The notes under the pieces are model-generated. The model did not search any database. It saw only the letters and a list, made by a program, of their open reading frames with translations, and had not been told where the DNA came from. From NCBI GenBank assembly GCA_051294375.1, contig JBJCIZ010000090.1, positions 1-28,191 on the forward strand: DNA of 28,191 nucleotides. Direction: 5' to 3'. Positions 12,033 to 22,499 of the stretch are shown here, one piece after another. The first letter of the stretch is position 1. The number at the start of each line of letters is the position of its first letter. Origin of the DNA: Paraspadella gotoi. Lineage: Eukaryota > Animalia > Chaetognatha. The translations under genes and the position numbers were made by a program.

Positions 12033-15000
12033 ATGTCGAACGTTATTATCGATTTGATTAACGACGCCGATTCGTCAGAACCATTGGATCTTAGCGCCGA
12101 CAAGACATGGCGCCTAAAACTAGAAGAGGAAAAAAGAGACGAGGGTCCCCCTCGGGCTCTACCACCCCCTCCCCCCTTTATCCCTCGCAAATTAACTTTT
12201 CCCTTCGAGAGCCGACGCGCGAACAATTTGACTTTTCCTCGGTCACCATTACAGTCGCAACGGTTACTGCAGCCACAGCAGCTGCAGCGAATGCGGCGAC
12301 GCTCGCAACTGCTTTTTCGCATCGCCTCGATAGATCCTGCGAAATTGAAAAACGACTCTCCCTCGCTCTTTTCTCCATCGCCTCCTCGACGGCCTCCATC
12401 GCCTCCTCGACGGCCTCCATCGCCTCCTCTCTCGCTCTCTCTCTCTCGGTCAATGACGTCGCCCCAATCCAAAAAAACATCTCCGTCGGAGTTCAAACGG
12501 AAATGGGAATCGAAACCGCCGATATTTATGACGGGAGGGGGGCTTTCAAACGAATCGGACAAAACCTTTGGTCCCTCTCGAGAGACATCGACAGAGAGTA
12601 CGAACTCAAAAACGACCAAGGCTCGTTTTAAAGCTCGAGAAGCGGGAGAGGAGGACGTTGAGGAGGTGAATGAGGTGGAAGAAGACGACGACGACGATAA
12701 AGTCAACAACGAAGGTTTAACCGCCCCCAAGTTTTCTAGATTCGACGTAAAGTGTAAAAAGTTTAAGAGAAACGTATTGATTAATGTACAGTTGATTCCT
12801 CTCGAAGGCAGTTTTCATTCTCACAAAACCTACGAGATAGAGTCAAGACATTTAAAAAAAGAAATTCTACCAATTATTGAAAAGGAATTGAGAAGGAGAG
12901 GAGTGATTAAACTCCATTTATGTTTTTTGATTAGGTTTTATAACGAAAGAGAAAGATCATTCATTTCCTATTTTTTTGATCAAAAGAGCATCGTATTGTA
13001 TCAATCTGACGATATAATGCAAATTCTCAGTTCCATGATGGCCAGACTACTCAACCAAATATCCGATAGGGTAGAATTAGGTTCTGATATTAGTTATGAC
13101 AAAATAGAAAGAGCCGATCTCACTTTAGCTGGATTTTATCCCAATTCTGGAAAAAACACCTTTTTTGGCTGCTACATCGCCACGCCAAAATGGCTAAAAG
13201 TTAAAAAATGCACGGTGAATGTAAAAACTCGATATCCCTCTTGTTTAAAGATGTCGCTCTTAAGTTGTCTTTATAAACCTACTCATCACCCGGAATTAGA
13301 GAGCAGTTATAAAAAATATGCCCATAAAATTAACATGACTAACGTCTCTTGTCCAGCCACGCCCAATTCGTTTTTACACGTCGAAAGATTGAATCAGGAT
13401 CTCTGCATCAACGTCTATGGCACCATGAAAAGGCGAGAAAAGAGAGGATATAGGCGAATTGTCTACCCCTATCGAATATCGAAGAGGAATGGAATGTTAG
13501 GAGTGAAAGTTTGTAATTTGCTCATATTAAAAAAGAGAGAGGGCGATGTTGTTCGTCGTCATTTGGTATCTATTTCCGATCTTTCTCGTTTAACATCGAG
13601 CCAATTTTGTAAGCAAACTGGTCGCCGCTTCGTCTGCCCCAAGTGTCTTTTTAGCACTCGCTCTCCCAACGCCTTCTCTCTTCACTCTCGCTTGTGCGGG
13701 CGAGAGACGGCGACCGCTCAATTAGAAACCTTTCCACCAGAGGGCACGTTTTTAAAGTACGACGCTCGTGAAAACTTTTTTCATTCTCATTTTTGCTTCG
13801 TTGCCTACGGCGATTTTGAGACGAGGTCCCTGACCACTCATTCGGTAGACAGAGAAGATGCGGAACGGATGCCGCGACTCGACTGGTCGTGGATCAAGTA
13901 CTCTTATCAAAACAATCACGCGAAAAAATGTAATAAATGTAACGAGTATGGACCATGCGAAAAAGTAAAGGAAAGAGTCGAACCGATCGCTCAATTGTCC
14001 GCCATCAGTTACTCTTACAAAATTCAATCATCGTTTCCCTCGGACAATTTTCGCATTCGTAGATATCTTGGCGAGGATGCGGGTCTTCATTTTCTTCGTC
14101 AAGCTCGTTTAGATTCGATGACTATTGGCAAACTATTGCGAAAAAATGCGCCTATGATCATGACGGAGTCAGACGCGATCGATTTCGATTTGAAAGAATT
14201 TTGTTATTTTTGTAAAGAAAAATTTTTACCCGGAGACCGAGTCTGCAGACACCATAATCACCGTTCAGGAGCCTATGAAGGCAAATCTCACGTAATATGC
14301 AACGCCAAAAACAATTCGGCCGACAGATGGATCATGTATTTTCACAAGTAAGAAATTAATTATTTAAAAAGTTTATAACAAATTTGTAATCGTCTCTATC
14401 TCTCTNNNNNNNNNNCTCTCTCTTTTTTTTTAGCGGGGGCAAGTTTGATTCCAATCTTATTTTACAAGCCTGCGCCCTGAAGGAAGCCAACAAGTTGGTT
14501 AGAAATATTCGCAATGTATTAGCGAAGGGAAATACCTTCTACACTTTAGACATCAATTTTTTATGCGATTATTGTTCTCAGCGAGTAAACGACGACGCCA
14601 TAGACGATCGAGATGAAAATGACGACGACGACGATGACGACGACAGCGACGATGAAGACGATAAAGAGGACGAAGGTGAAGAAGAAGAAGAAGAAGAAGA
14701 AGAGAACGACGTCGATCGACGTTTATATTGCAAATGTTACAAGATGGCGACCTTAACCATCAGAGATTCTTATAAGTTTCTCATAACTTCGCTTAGCAAC
14801 CTCATAAGCTCGAGAGTCTCCGAATGTTTTCAGATTTCGTGCGCTCTCTGCGGAGGTGGGGGAGGCAGAGTGGAATGTGTCAGTTGTCGAGATAAGAGTC
14901 ACCCCTCTCTAGTTTTTCCTCTCGCTTACGACCACGTGATTGAGAATTTTGGGGAAGAGAGCTTGTTCGACCTCGTTTCCATAAAGATGACCATGCCATT

Positions 15001-15171
15001 TAACTACCTGACCCTGGAGACGATCAAGGAGACTCAACTTCCGCCCAGAGACGAGTATTTTGACGAGTTGCGTCAAACGTTGATCTCTCAAGAAGAATAT
15101 CTCAAGATTTGCGAGATTTGGGACGTTTTAAAGTTTAAAAACTTAGGAGAATTTCTTCTCTTTTATAACGT

Positions 15172-15211
<40 letters not shown>

Positions 15212-15742
15212 AAAAAGAAAGAAAGAAAGAAAGAATCTAATTATATCATTTTTATTTAGGATTTGGATTCGTTGTTTTTAGCCGATATCTTTGAAAATTA
15301 TAGACTGATGAATAGACAGAATTTTAATCTGGATCCGGCCTTTTATGTTAGCGGAGCGGCCATAAAGTAAGCGATAATCAATCAATCAATCATTCAATCA
15401 ATCAATCAATCAATAATCGTTTTTTCAGTCAGGACATTATGCTTCAGTTTTCGAAGATAAAAATCGAATTATTTTCTGCGGCAAAACGACAAGAGTTTCT
15501 GGCGTTCGAATCTATGCTGAGGGGTGGTTTCGTTGCCGTCAACTCCAGATACTTTTCCGGTTCTTCGAACGAATTGGGTTACAACGACGACGACCCTGAA
15601 TTTCCGGCGCGCCTGATCGTTCACGAAGATGCGAATAATTTGTAAGTCTCTCTCTCTCTCTTTTTTTTTTTTTATTATTAAACGTCGATCGATCTACTTA
15701 TCTCTCTCTCTCTGTCTCTCTCTCTCTGTCTCTCTCTCTCTA

Positions 15743-15775
<33 letters not shown>

Positions 15776-17783
15776 CGCAGGTACGGATACGCCAGTCGCT
15801 TAGCCTTACCCTACGGAGGTTACGCCTTCGTGAATCGGGAACGATTGAACGAAATTAAACGAGATATAGAGAGAGGCGCCTGGCGAGATTGGACGCATAG
15901 GGACGAAGAGGGAGAGGGGCTTATTCTCGAAGTCACTCTGCGTACGCCGGATCATCTGCATCACGCCATGAAAGACTTTCCCATCTTACCGAGAAAGCGT
16001 AAGGTGCGAGCGGAGGATCTCAGTCCCTTTAGCCGTCGATTGGCCAAAAAATATCGCCACAAAACGGGCGTCGTCGAAAAGCTCGTAGCCTGTCTAACGC
16101 CCAAGGAAAAATATTTCTTGACCAGAGAGAGCCTCGCCTTCGCCCTCTCGACCGGTTTGGAGTTGATCGAACTTCATTCGGCGATTCGATTCGATCAAAA
16201 GCCCTTCATGAAAGAGTTCGTCGACCACTTTTCTCAAAAAAGGAGAGAGGCTAAGACCCCCTTTCTCAAAACATTTTACAAGCTTTGCGTTAATTCGGTC
16301 TTCGGTCGAACCATAATGAATCGACGCCTCTTTCAAACGGTCAAGCTGGTCAGGAGTCCCGAATATCTGTCCAAGCTCGTCTCCAGAGTAGATTTTCATT
16401 CCGTTAACTTGATCTCCTCGAGTTTAGCCATCGTTAAATTAGCCAACGTCAAGGTCAAATTGAACTCGCCCATTATGGTGGGCGTGTCCATCTTGGATAG
16501 TAGTAAACTTTTAATGGGTAGATTCTTTTACGAAGGGGTCAAACGAATCTTTCCGGATTCGAGAGAGGACGCCAGAGTTCGCTTAGGCTTGACCGACACG
16601 GATTGTATTCTCATATCTCTCGAATATAGACAAAAAGAAACCCCGCGCTCCAATTTTTGGCGCGATTTGGGCAAGTTGACGCCGTGGTTGGACACCAGCA
16701 ACTACTCTTTAGACCACCCGTTGTTTTTAAACGTCTCTAAAAGAGCCCTTCCCATCGTGTTAGCCTATAGAGAGAGAAATAAAACCAGAGTGGGATTCTT
16801 CAAGGGTGAGTTTTTTTTTTTTTACTTTTTTACTTTTTTTCTTTCTTTCTATCTTTCTTTCTTTCGTTAATTCCTTTTCATCTCCCTCTCGACCAACCGC
16901 AGACGAACACCCTAACCAATATTTGGCGAGTTGCGTGAATCTACTGCCAAAATGTTACTCTCTCTCCCTCGTCGACCAACCGGCAAACCCTCCCTTACGA
17001 TTCGGAGATCTAGACGACGACGAGGACGACGACGACGACTCTCCTCCTCCGCTACCCGACGAAGAGGAGATTGGCGGGGATTTAGAGTCTTACCACGTAC
17101 GACGCAAATTACCATGTCCTCCGCCCGTTCCTCGTCCCTTCGATCGCGAGGCGGATTGGCGTCGACTCTTGGAAATGATTTCTTCCTCGTACTCCTCCTC
17201 TTCCTCCTCATCCTCCTCCTCCGACAACGACGACGACGACGGCGTCGACGAGAAAGAAGACGAGGAAGAAGACGTCGCCGCGGCGGCGTCCTCGCCGCCG
17301 CGAATCGCAGCGGCGGCCTTGCCGCTGCGCGCCGCCGCAGTGCGGCGGCGACGGGACATGCCACCGGCCGTCGCGGCCGCGACGGCCGCGTGCACGCAGG
17401 GCGTGCACGCAGCGTGCACGCAGGGCGTGCACGCAGCGGGGACTCCGACTCCGACGGAAGAAATAAGGGCCAAGGGGACTTGTAAATCCACGATTAGAAG
17501 AGAGCTGACTCACGAAAAGTTTCGAGACGCCTTGAAAACTTTAATCCCCGTCAGAACGACTCAGAGACAGATCAACGCCGACAAGCTAATTCTTTATTCA
17601 AAAAAAATGATCAAGAAAAGCGTAAGCGCTTCGGACGATAAGAGATTCTGGCTGAATAAATTTCACTCTCTAGCTCTGGGCGATTATCGGATCGATCGTT
17701 GGGAGGAAAGGGAAAGGGAAAGGGAAAGGGAAAAAAGACAAAACAAAAATAAAAGGAACGTGGAAACGATAATAATTGATTAA
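12033..17783 (+). CDS. pPolB: Protein-primed family B DNA polymerase, 6 exons, about 1758 aa: 12033-14347, 14434-15169, 15260-15366, 15429-15641, 15781-16805, 16903-17783
   Basis: Splicing at GT..AG gives one frame of 5277 nt. It contains ExoI YGDFET, ExoII YFHN|GGKFD, ExoIII YN|DLDSLFLADIFENYR, MLRGG, motif A EDANNL|YG, motif B KLCVNSVFG, motif C TDTDC, VGFFK|DE..LLPKCYS, RAKG and DDKR. The N-terminal part has the Polinton-type YIxxP..VNV..C / HLVSISDLSRL region (vOTU-like Cys/His), a zinc finger (CPKC..H..C) and an EndoVII-like CxxC..RHHNH..H..CN insert. Confidence 0.96.
12373..12429 (+). repeat. 21-bp in-frame tandem repeat (about 2.7 copies) encoding PSPPRRP
   Basis: CTCCATCGCCTCCTCGACGGC repeated. 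Confidence 0.9.
17365..17435. repeat. 24-bp perfect palindrome followed by four GCGTGCACGC palindromes (24-bp unit x2)
   Basis: CGGCCGTCGCGGCCGCGACGGCCG at 17365-17388; GCGTGCACGC at 17388, 17401, 17412 and 17425. Confidence 0.9.
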
Positions 17784-17886
17784 TTGATTTAATTGATTGT
17801 TCGTTTATAAACAATACATACTATACACAATATATACAGACGTTTCGTTTCATTTATTTAATTAAGTTAACAACTTCTCCAATATT
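17784..17886. terminator. Convergent 3'-end/polyadenylation region between the two gene arms
   Basis: AT-rich gap between opposing stops, with AATAAA on - at 17858-17853 and on + at 17748-17753. Confidence 0.4.
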
Positions 17887-18500
17887 TTAGAGACGTCGTC
17901 TTCGTCGTCGTAATTGTTGTCGTTGTTGTTGTCTCTCCCCCCTTCGAGAGCAACGGCGTCGTCGTCCCTTGTTTTTTTCGTTTCGACGACGCCTTTTGTT
18001 TTTTTTACCGTCGACGGTGAGAGAGGGAGAGGGAGAGGGAGGAGGAGGAGGAGGAAGAGGAGGAGGAGGAGGGAGAGAGGGAGGAAGAAGAGTAAGAGGA
18101 GAATGTGGGGGAGAGAAAGGGAGGGTGAAGGATGGCAATAGGTCGACGTTGAAGACGACGACGACGATGACGACGACGACGTCGCCGACGCGGTCGATGA
18201 CTTTTTCTCTTACTCTCCTCGACGACAAACTGATCGCCGCCTCCCGCGGCGAATGGAATTTCGCCGAGATATTCGGCCGCTCCCGAAGCGGCGATGGCGG
18301 CGTTTAAGGCGCCTTCGTCCGAGTTTATGAGAGAGAGATTTAACCTCTCTCCAAATCCGGAGTCTTTGCAGAACGCGGCGACGATCTCGTTCGTCGACTT
18401 CGCCGCACGCTCGCGCGATTCAAAATTGTCGATGCTGAGGCATCGACTAGAATTTCGTCTCAACGCCGAGGTTACCGCCGAGGAGACGAATCTGTAAACG

Positions 18501-18532
<32 letters not shown>

Positions 18533-19076
18533 GTTAGTAAAAAGAATGTACATCCGAAGAAACGAACGAACTAACGAACGAACTAACGAACAAATAATTA
18601 CCTCAGAGTTNNNNNNNNNNCGGGTTCGAGGACGAGGGCAGTTCCGTAGGGTCCCATTTCTGATTTCCAAGAACTCGCCGGATTCCCGGCAAACTTCGGG
18701 AATCGGCCGCGTCCTTCGCCACCGTCGACGAAGGCGAATCCCCTTATCGCCACCCTGGGGAAAATTCGTCCGTCGATTCGAAGATGGAAACGACTAGCGA
18801 CCATCTGTCGCTGAGTATTTTAAACCGCGGCTCCATGCCACCCATTCTCCCGCCGACTCTATTTAGTCTACTCTCGACGTAAGTAAGTTCTTCGTCTCCA
18901 AAGGCTAACGCCTCCACCAACGCCCTCCACTCGGCGAGCTTAAACCACAGAGTCGAGAGTTCGCTTCCATTCGGTTTTGTCTCTTGAATTCTCACGGAAT
19001 TTGTCTCTAGGTTTGCGTGACAAGTGACGCTAATGCGCTCTCCGATTGAAAACCGAGCAAACACGGACGAGTTCAT
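17887..19076 (-). CDS. Second PC4-like protein with low-complexity tail; intron 18601-18492; frameshifts and an N gap; 3' end uncertain
   Basis: From ATG 19076 it reads ISVTCH..VRIQETKPNG..LWFKLAEWRAL, then after a frame change VAIRGFAFVDG..FPKFAG. Both resemble PC4 strands plus helix. Splice sites are GAG|GTAATT and TTTACAG. Confidence 0.5.
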
Positions 19077-19240
19077 CTTCTTTTTTTTTTTTCTTCTTTC
19101 ACCTTCGATGTAATAAAAAAGACGAGGGCGATGATTTAAGAGATCGCGATTGTCACGAAGATAAGTTTTGTTTGATCTTTTAATGGATCCTCTTTTATAC
19201 TCTGGTTCGCTAAGAGCGTCTTTCTCGAAGGAAAAAAAGA

Positions 19241-19280
<40 letters not shown>

Positions 19281-19906
19281 AAATGCGGGATCTCTTAGTA
19301 CATCACTCTCTCTCTTTTTTTTCTCCCCGATGTTGTCTCGCGATAAGTTATCGTCATTTTGGCTTTTTTTTTTTTTTATTTGGAATCGATTCAACTTTTT
19401 TTTTTTTTTATATTTAAAAACAGATATCTCCGCCTCTACATTAGCCGCTCTTTAACATCTAGAGTCGTCGATGGGGGCGAGGGAAAGGACTCTCTCTCTC
19501 TCTCTCCCGCCAACCAAACGTCGTCCCTTCGCCATTCCGACTAGACATCGCGTCCCTTTGCCATCTTTGCCATCGTCGTCTTCTCTCACATTTTTTGGAT
19601 TATTTTTTTGGATTAAACAATGTAAGTTGATTTATTTTAAATTTTTAAGTTTTTTTTGTAGAGATTTAGTCGCGACATATTATCGCCAGTTAATGAATTA
19701 TCCGATGCCGCTTTTTTTTTTGGCGATCGCCTCCTGGAACGTCGCCCGCTACCCGTTTGATTTTTTTTTTTTCCAATTTTTCTCCTTCTTTTTCTTCCAC
19801 CAAATTGAGTCGCCGTTGTTTTTTTCTCCCCCCTCGATCGCGCTTTCTTCTTTTAACCATTTTTTTTTTTAACGACGATTTTTTTCCCGCTTTGCTTTTA
19901 TAGTCT

Positions 19907-20413
19907 TTAGTAATGGTTTGGGGGTGATAGTATGGGAATAATATGTCCGTCTCGAGCGTCTAATGACCTAATTAGCAGCGTCGCCACGACGTCGTGTTGA
20001 AGAGTGTCCTTGACCCTGGGATAGTCGTAGACCTCGGTCATTATTTGTTCGGGGGTTAATCCTCTGCCGAGAAAGAGTAAAAATACCAAACAATGAGCGA
20101 AGCAAGTTTGAGTTTCGGGCGATTGAATGGGCGTGTCCAAGTAAACGATGGGTTTTTGCTCGTTCGTGAAGATGTGAGGGGGGAGATTTAATTCTACGGG
20201 AGTTCTGCCAAAACTGTCCATCAAAAAGTATCTCTCGGGGTCTGAATATAGTAAAACCCAATGGTTCCCGGGTAGAGAAATTTTTTGCAAATTTGAAAAA
20301 TAAGCCACCCCCTCAACGAGGGGGGGGACCGTATCAATCGCGTAAATGCCGCCGTAAATCGAGCGGGCGGGGGGGTCGGAGAGGGCGATTTTATTCATTT
20401 CGTCGCTGTTCAT
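19907..20413 (-). CDS. PRO: Adenain-like (clan CE) cysteine maturation protease, 168 aa
   Basis: Catalytic His (GNHWV), Asp (MDSFG) and Gln/Cys (IQSPETQTCFAHC) occur in adenain order, directly downstream of the MCP gene. Confidence 0.93.
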   Translation of the reverse strand: MNSDEMNKIALSDPPARSIYGGIYAIDTVPPLVEGVAYFSNLQKISLPGNHWVLLYSDPERYFLMDSFGRTPVELNLPPHIFTNEQKPIVYLDTPIQSPETQTCFAHCLVFLLFLGRGLTPEQIMTEVYDYPRVKDTLQHDVVATLLIRSLDARDGHIIPILSPPNHY

Positions 20414-20433
20414 TTTTTTCTTCTTCTTATTTT

Positions 20434-21878
20434 TTAAAAATCTTTGATTACGCGGCGTTGAGCGTCAATCGCAATCGTTGCGCTGTATTCGCAAAATAAA
20501 AGTAAAGTTAAACTTTTATTAGAACTCGTTGGTTCAAAAACGGCCTCGACGCGACAACTGACGAGCTTTCTCGGCATCACGTGATCGGCGAACGGCCCTG
20601 AATATCTCCCATTCGACATTACGTAAATGGCGTATCCTCCGTAAGCAAATTGTTCCATGGTGATCGGGAGACCCGTGTTAAAACGAAAGTCGGATTCGTA
20701 AAGACGATAATAGGCGAGAGAGAAATCCTTTTCCGCCGAAGTCTTTGTAAAATTAGTTTGGATTCCTCCCTTCGTAGGTAAAGTTTCATCCTCCGCTATC
20801 AACTTGAGCGACGTTAGAGAAAAATTTTTAAATTCGAAGGGATTCGTGCCAAAACTACCGAGGTAAGCCTCCGTCTCGCAGAACGCAATGGCGCAAAAGT
20901 CCGGGAAGATGTTATTAGGGAAAACATTTTCAAACGTGACGCTTTTAGCGTTCGCCGCAATCGTAAACACTCGAGTCGACGTTTCTCTGGTGTGATATCT
21001 GGCGCTTTTAGTCTGAAGAGATCTCTCTATGTTAAGTTTGACCGATGGCAAAACTTGAAGCTTGCGCAAATGCAATTGCATTTGTTTGACGTTAAGGGCG
21101 AAATCTGGCGTCGTGGCGCTGCTGAGTAAACAGAAAGCGTCGTTTGATTTTACGAATTCTAAGGAACTCGTTACTTGCGGAATGAGACACTTGTTTTGAC
21201 AAAAAAGACCCAGATTTATGAAGCCAATCAATCGCACGACATTTCCACGACCAAATAATTGGGCTCTAGTTTTAAAACCAGAGGCCGAGGCGGCGTCTTG
21301 AGACTCATTCGCCGCAAAGTCATCGTCGAAGGCAAATCCCGTGGTCAATAACTTGGGATAAGCTTCTTGAGAATAGTTGAGAATGGTATTGAAGTAAGAC
21401 GTAAAGGCGTAGCTAAAATAAAAATAAAGAGGGGGGGAGAGGGAGAAAGGGATAAGACGACGAACGAGAGAGAGAGAGAGAGAGAGAGAACTTACGTGGA
21501 ATAGTTGTCGCTTAGATTTTCCGAATTTATTTTAAAGTTAACATTTTGCCATATGCTCGATGAAATTGCATTAACGATTCCAACGCTCGTCGCCGCATCC
21601 GTTATGGCCGGGATCTTACCACCCGATTTTGTCGTGATTGTTAAGTCGACGGTGTAAAAAGTGCCATTCATGTCCAGAAAATCCGAAGACGGCGGTAGAT
21701 CGAACAAGATGGTGTTATTGTTGGAACCGCTGTCGATCGCATTGGTGGGGTTAATGACGTCATATCGAACTCGTTCGATACCGACGGCTTCGTTGACGGC
21801 TTCAAAAATATCCAAAGCACTTTCAACACACGGCTCTCCTTTCTTAATGCCAGCGGCGCGATTCAGTTTATTTTCCAT
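20434..21878 (-). CDS. MCP: Major capsid protein (double jelly-roll, Polinton PY-type), 2 exons (21878-21496, 21412-20434), about 453 aa
   Basis: An intron 21495-21413 (GTAAGT..(CT)n..TTTTAG, phase 2) joins the 128-aa and 304-aa ORFs through NYST|YAFTSYFNTILNYS. Polinton-MCP-like motifs include SALDIF, GSFGTNPFEF, FAYGGYAIY and a C-terminal CEYSATIAIDAQRRVIKDF. Confidence 0.92.
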
Positions 21879-21906
21879 TTTCTGTTTTTTTTATTTTCCT
21901 TTTTAT

Positions 21907-22467
21907 TTAATAAAAGATTTTTAAACGGTGATTAATTTTTCTCTTCTTTCTCTTTCTCTTTTTACCCCTACCCCTTTGCGCTTTGCCTTTTATAACAATT
22001 TTGGCTTTAGGATTTTTTGTTTTTTTGTTGTTTTTTTTAAGTTGAGCTGCGAGAGGTGATTTAGAAATTAAATCGCCGATGGTTCGAGTCGTTCCTTCGA
22101 CTAATTCATCTTTCGCTATTTTTCCAACTCGTTTAGCGCCTAACTTCAAAGATTTCTTAGGCGATTGACCACTGGTCAAATCACCCAAAGCCGATACGCC
22201 CGACGAGAGAGCTTCCTTGGCTATGGCTTTGCCCGTGCGTTTTAAGGATTTTTTAATGGTGGGCGCGACTGCTTCTATGCTCGGTTTGATGAGAGACACC
22301 CCCTTTTTAAAAAAGGGGACTACGTATCTGGCTAAACGAGAAAAAACTGATCCAACGCCTCGACCAACCATCGGTTGATAGGGATGAAAGGGCGCCAGTC
22401 TTCTGAGAGGATAACCCCGCCCTCTTCCCCGATGAAACGGAAGTTTTATATATTTTATTTCACCCAT
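21907..22467 (-). CDS. Basic virion core / membrane-lytic protein (adenovirus pVI-like), probable ATG 22467
   Basis: MVGRG matches the adenain consensus (M/L/I)xGx-G and is followed by an amphipathic helix, VGSVFSRLARYVVPFFKKG. The tail is very Lys/Arg-rich. The gene lies between penton and MCP. Confidence 0.72.
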   Translation of the reverse strand: MGEIKYIKLPFHRGRGRGYPLRRLAPFHPYQPMVGRGVGSVFSRLARYVVPFFKKGVSLIKPSIEAVAPTIKKSLKRTGKAIAKEALSSGVSALGDLTSGQSPKKSLKLGAKRVGKIAKDELVEGTTRTIGDLISKSPLAAQLKKNNKKTKNPKAKIVIKGKAQRGRGKKRKRKKRKINHRLKIFY

Positions 22468-22499
22468 TTTATGATGATTTTTGTTTTTGTTCTGTATTT

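Noticed and set aside
12029-12730. Antisense and alternative-frame ORFs over the pPolB N-terminus (233, 174 and 100 aa)
   Set aside because: They are shadows of stop-poor, low-complexity GC-rich sequence with no motifs.
15629-15780. SLSLSL/FFFF leaders and RKKERKKE tails in the ORF track (also 9719, 15170, 16806)
   Set aside because: These are translated intronic microsatellites, not protein.
14348-16902. Inteins, group I/II introns or introner elements as the polymerase interruptions
   Set aside because: The inserts are short, mostly out of frame or stop-containing, bounded by GT..AG with pyrimidine tracts, and unrelated to one another.
17365-17435. CRISPR-like array
   Set aside because: The repeats are 10-bp palindromes separated by 1-3 nt, with no unique spacers or cas genes, in a eukaryotic viral context.
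16912-18307. Many overlapping Arg/Ala/Gly-rich ORFs
   Set aside because: They are by-products of trinucleotide repeats and GC-rich palindromes.
19080-19900. Additional small basic genes between the protease and the second PC4-like gene
   Set aside because: There is a TATA-like site and an ATG at 19860, but the frames are short, homopolymer-ridden and without recognisable motifs, so no model can be supported.
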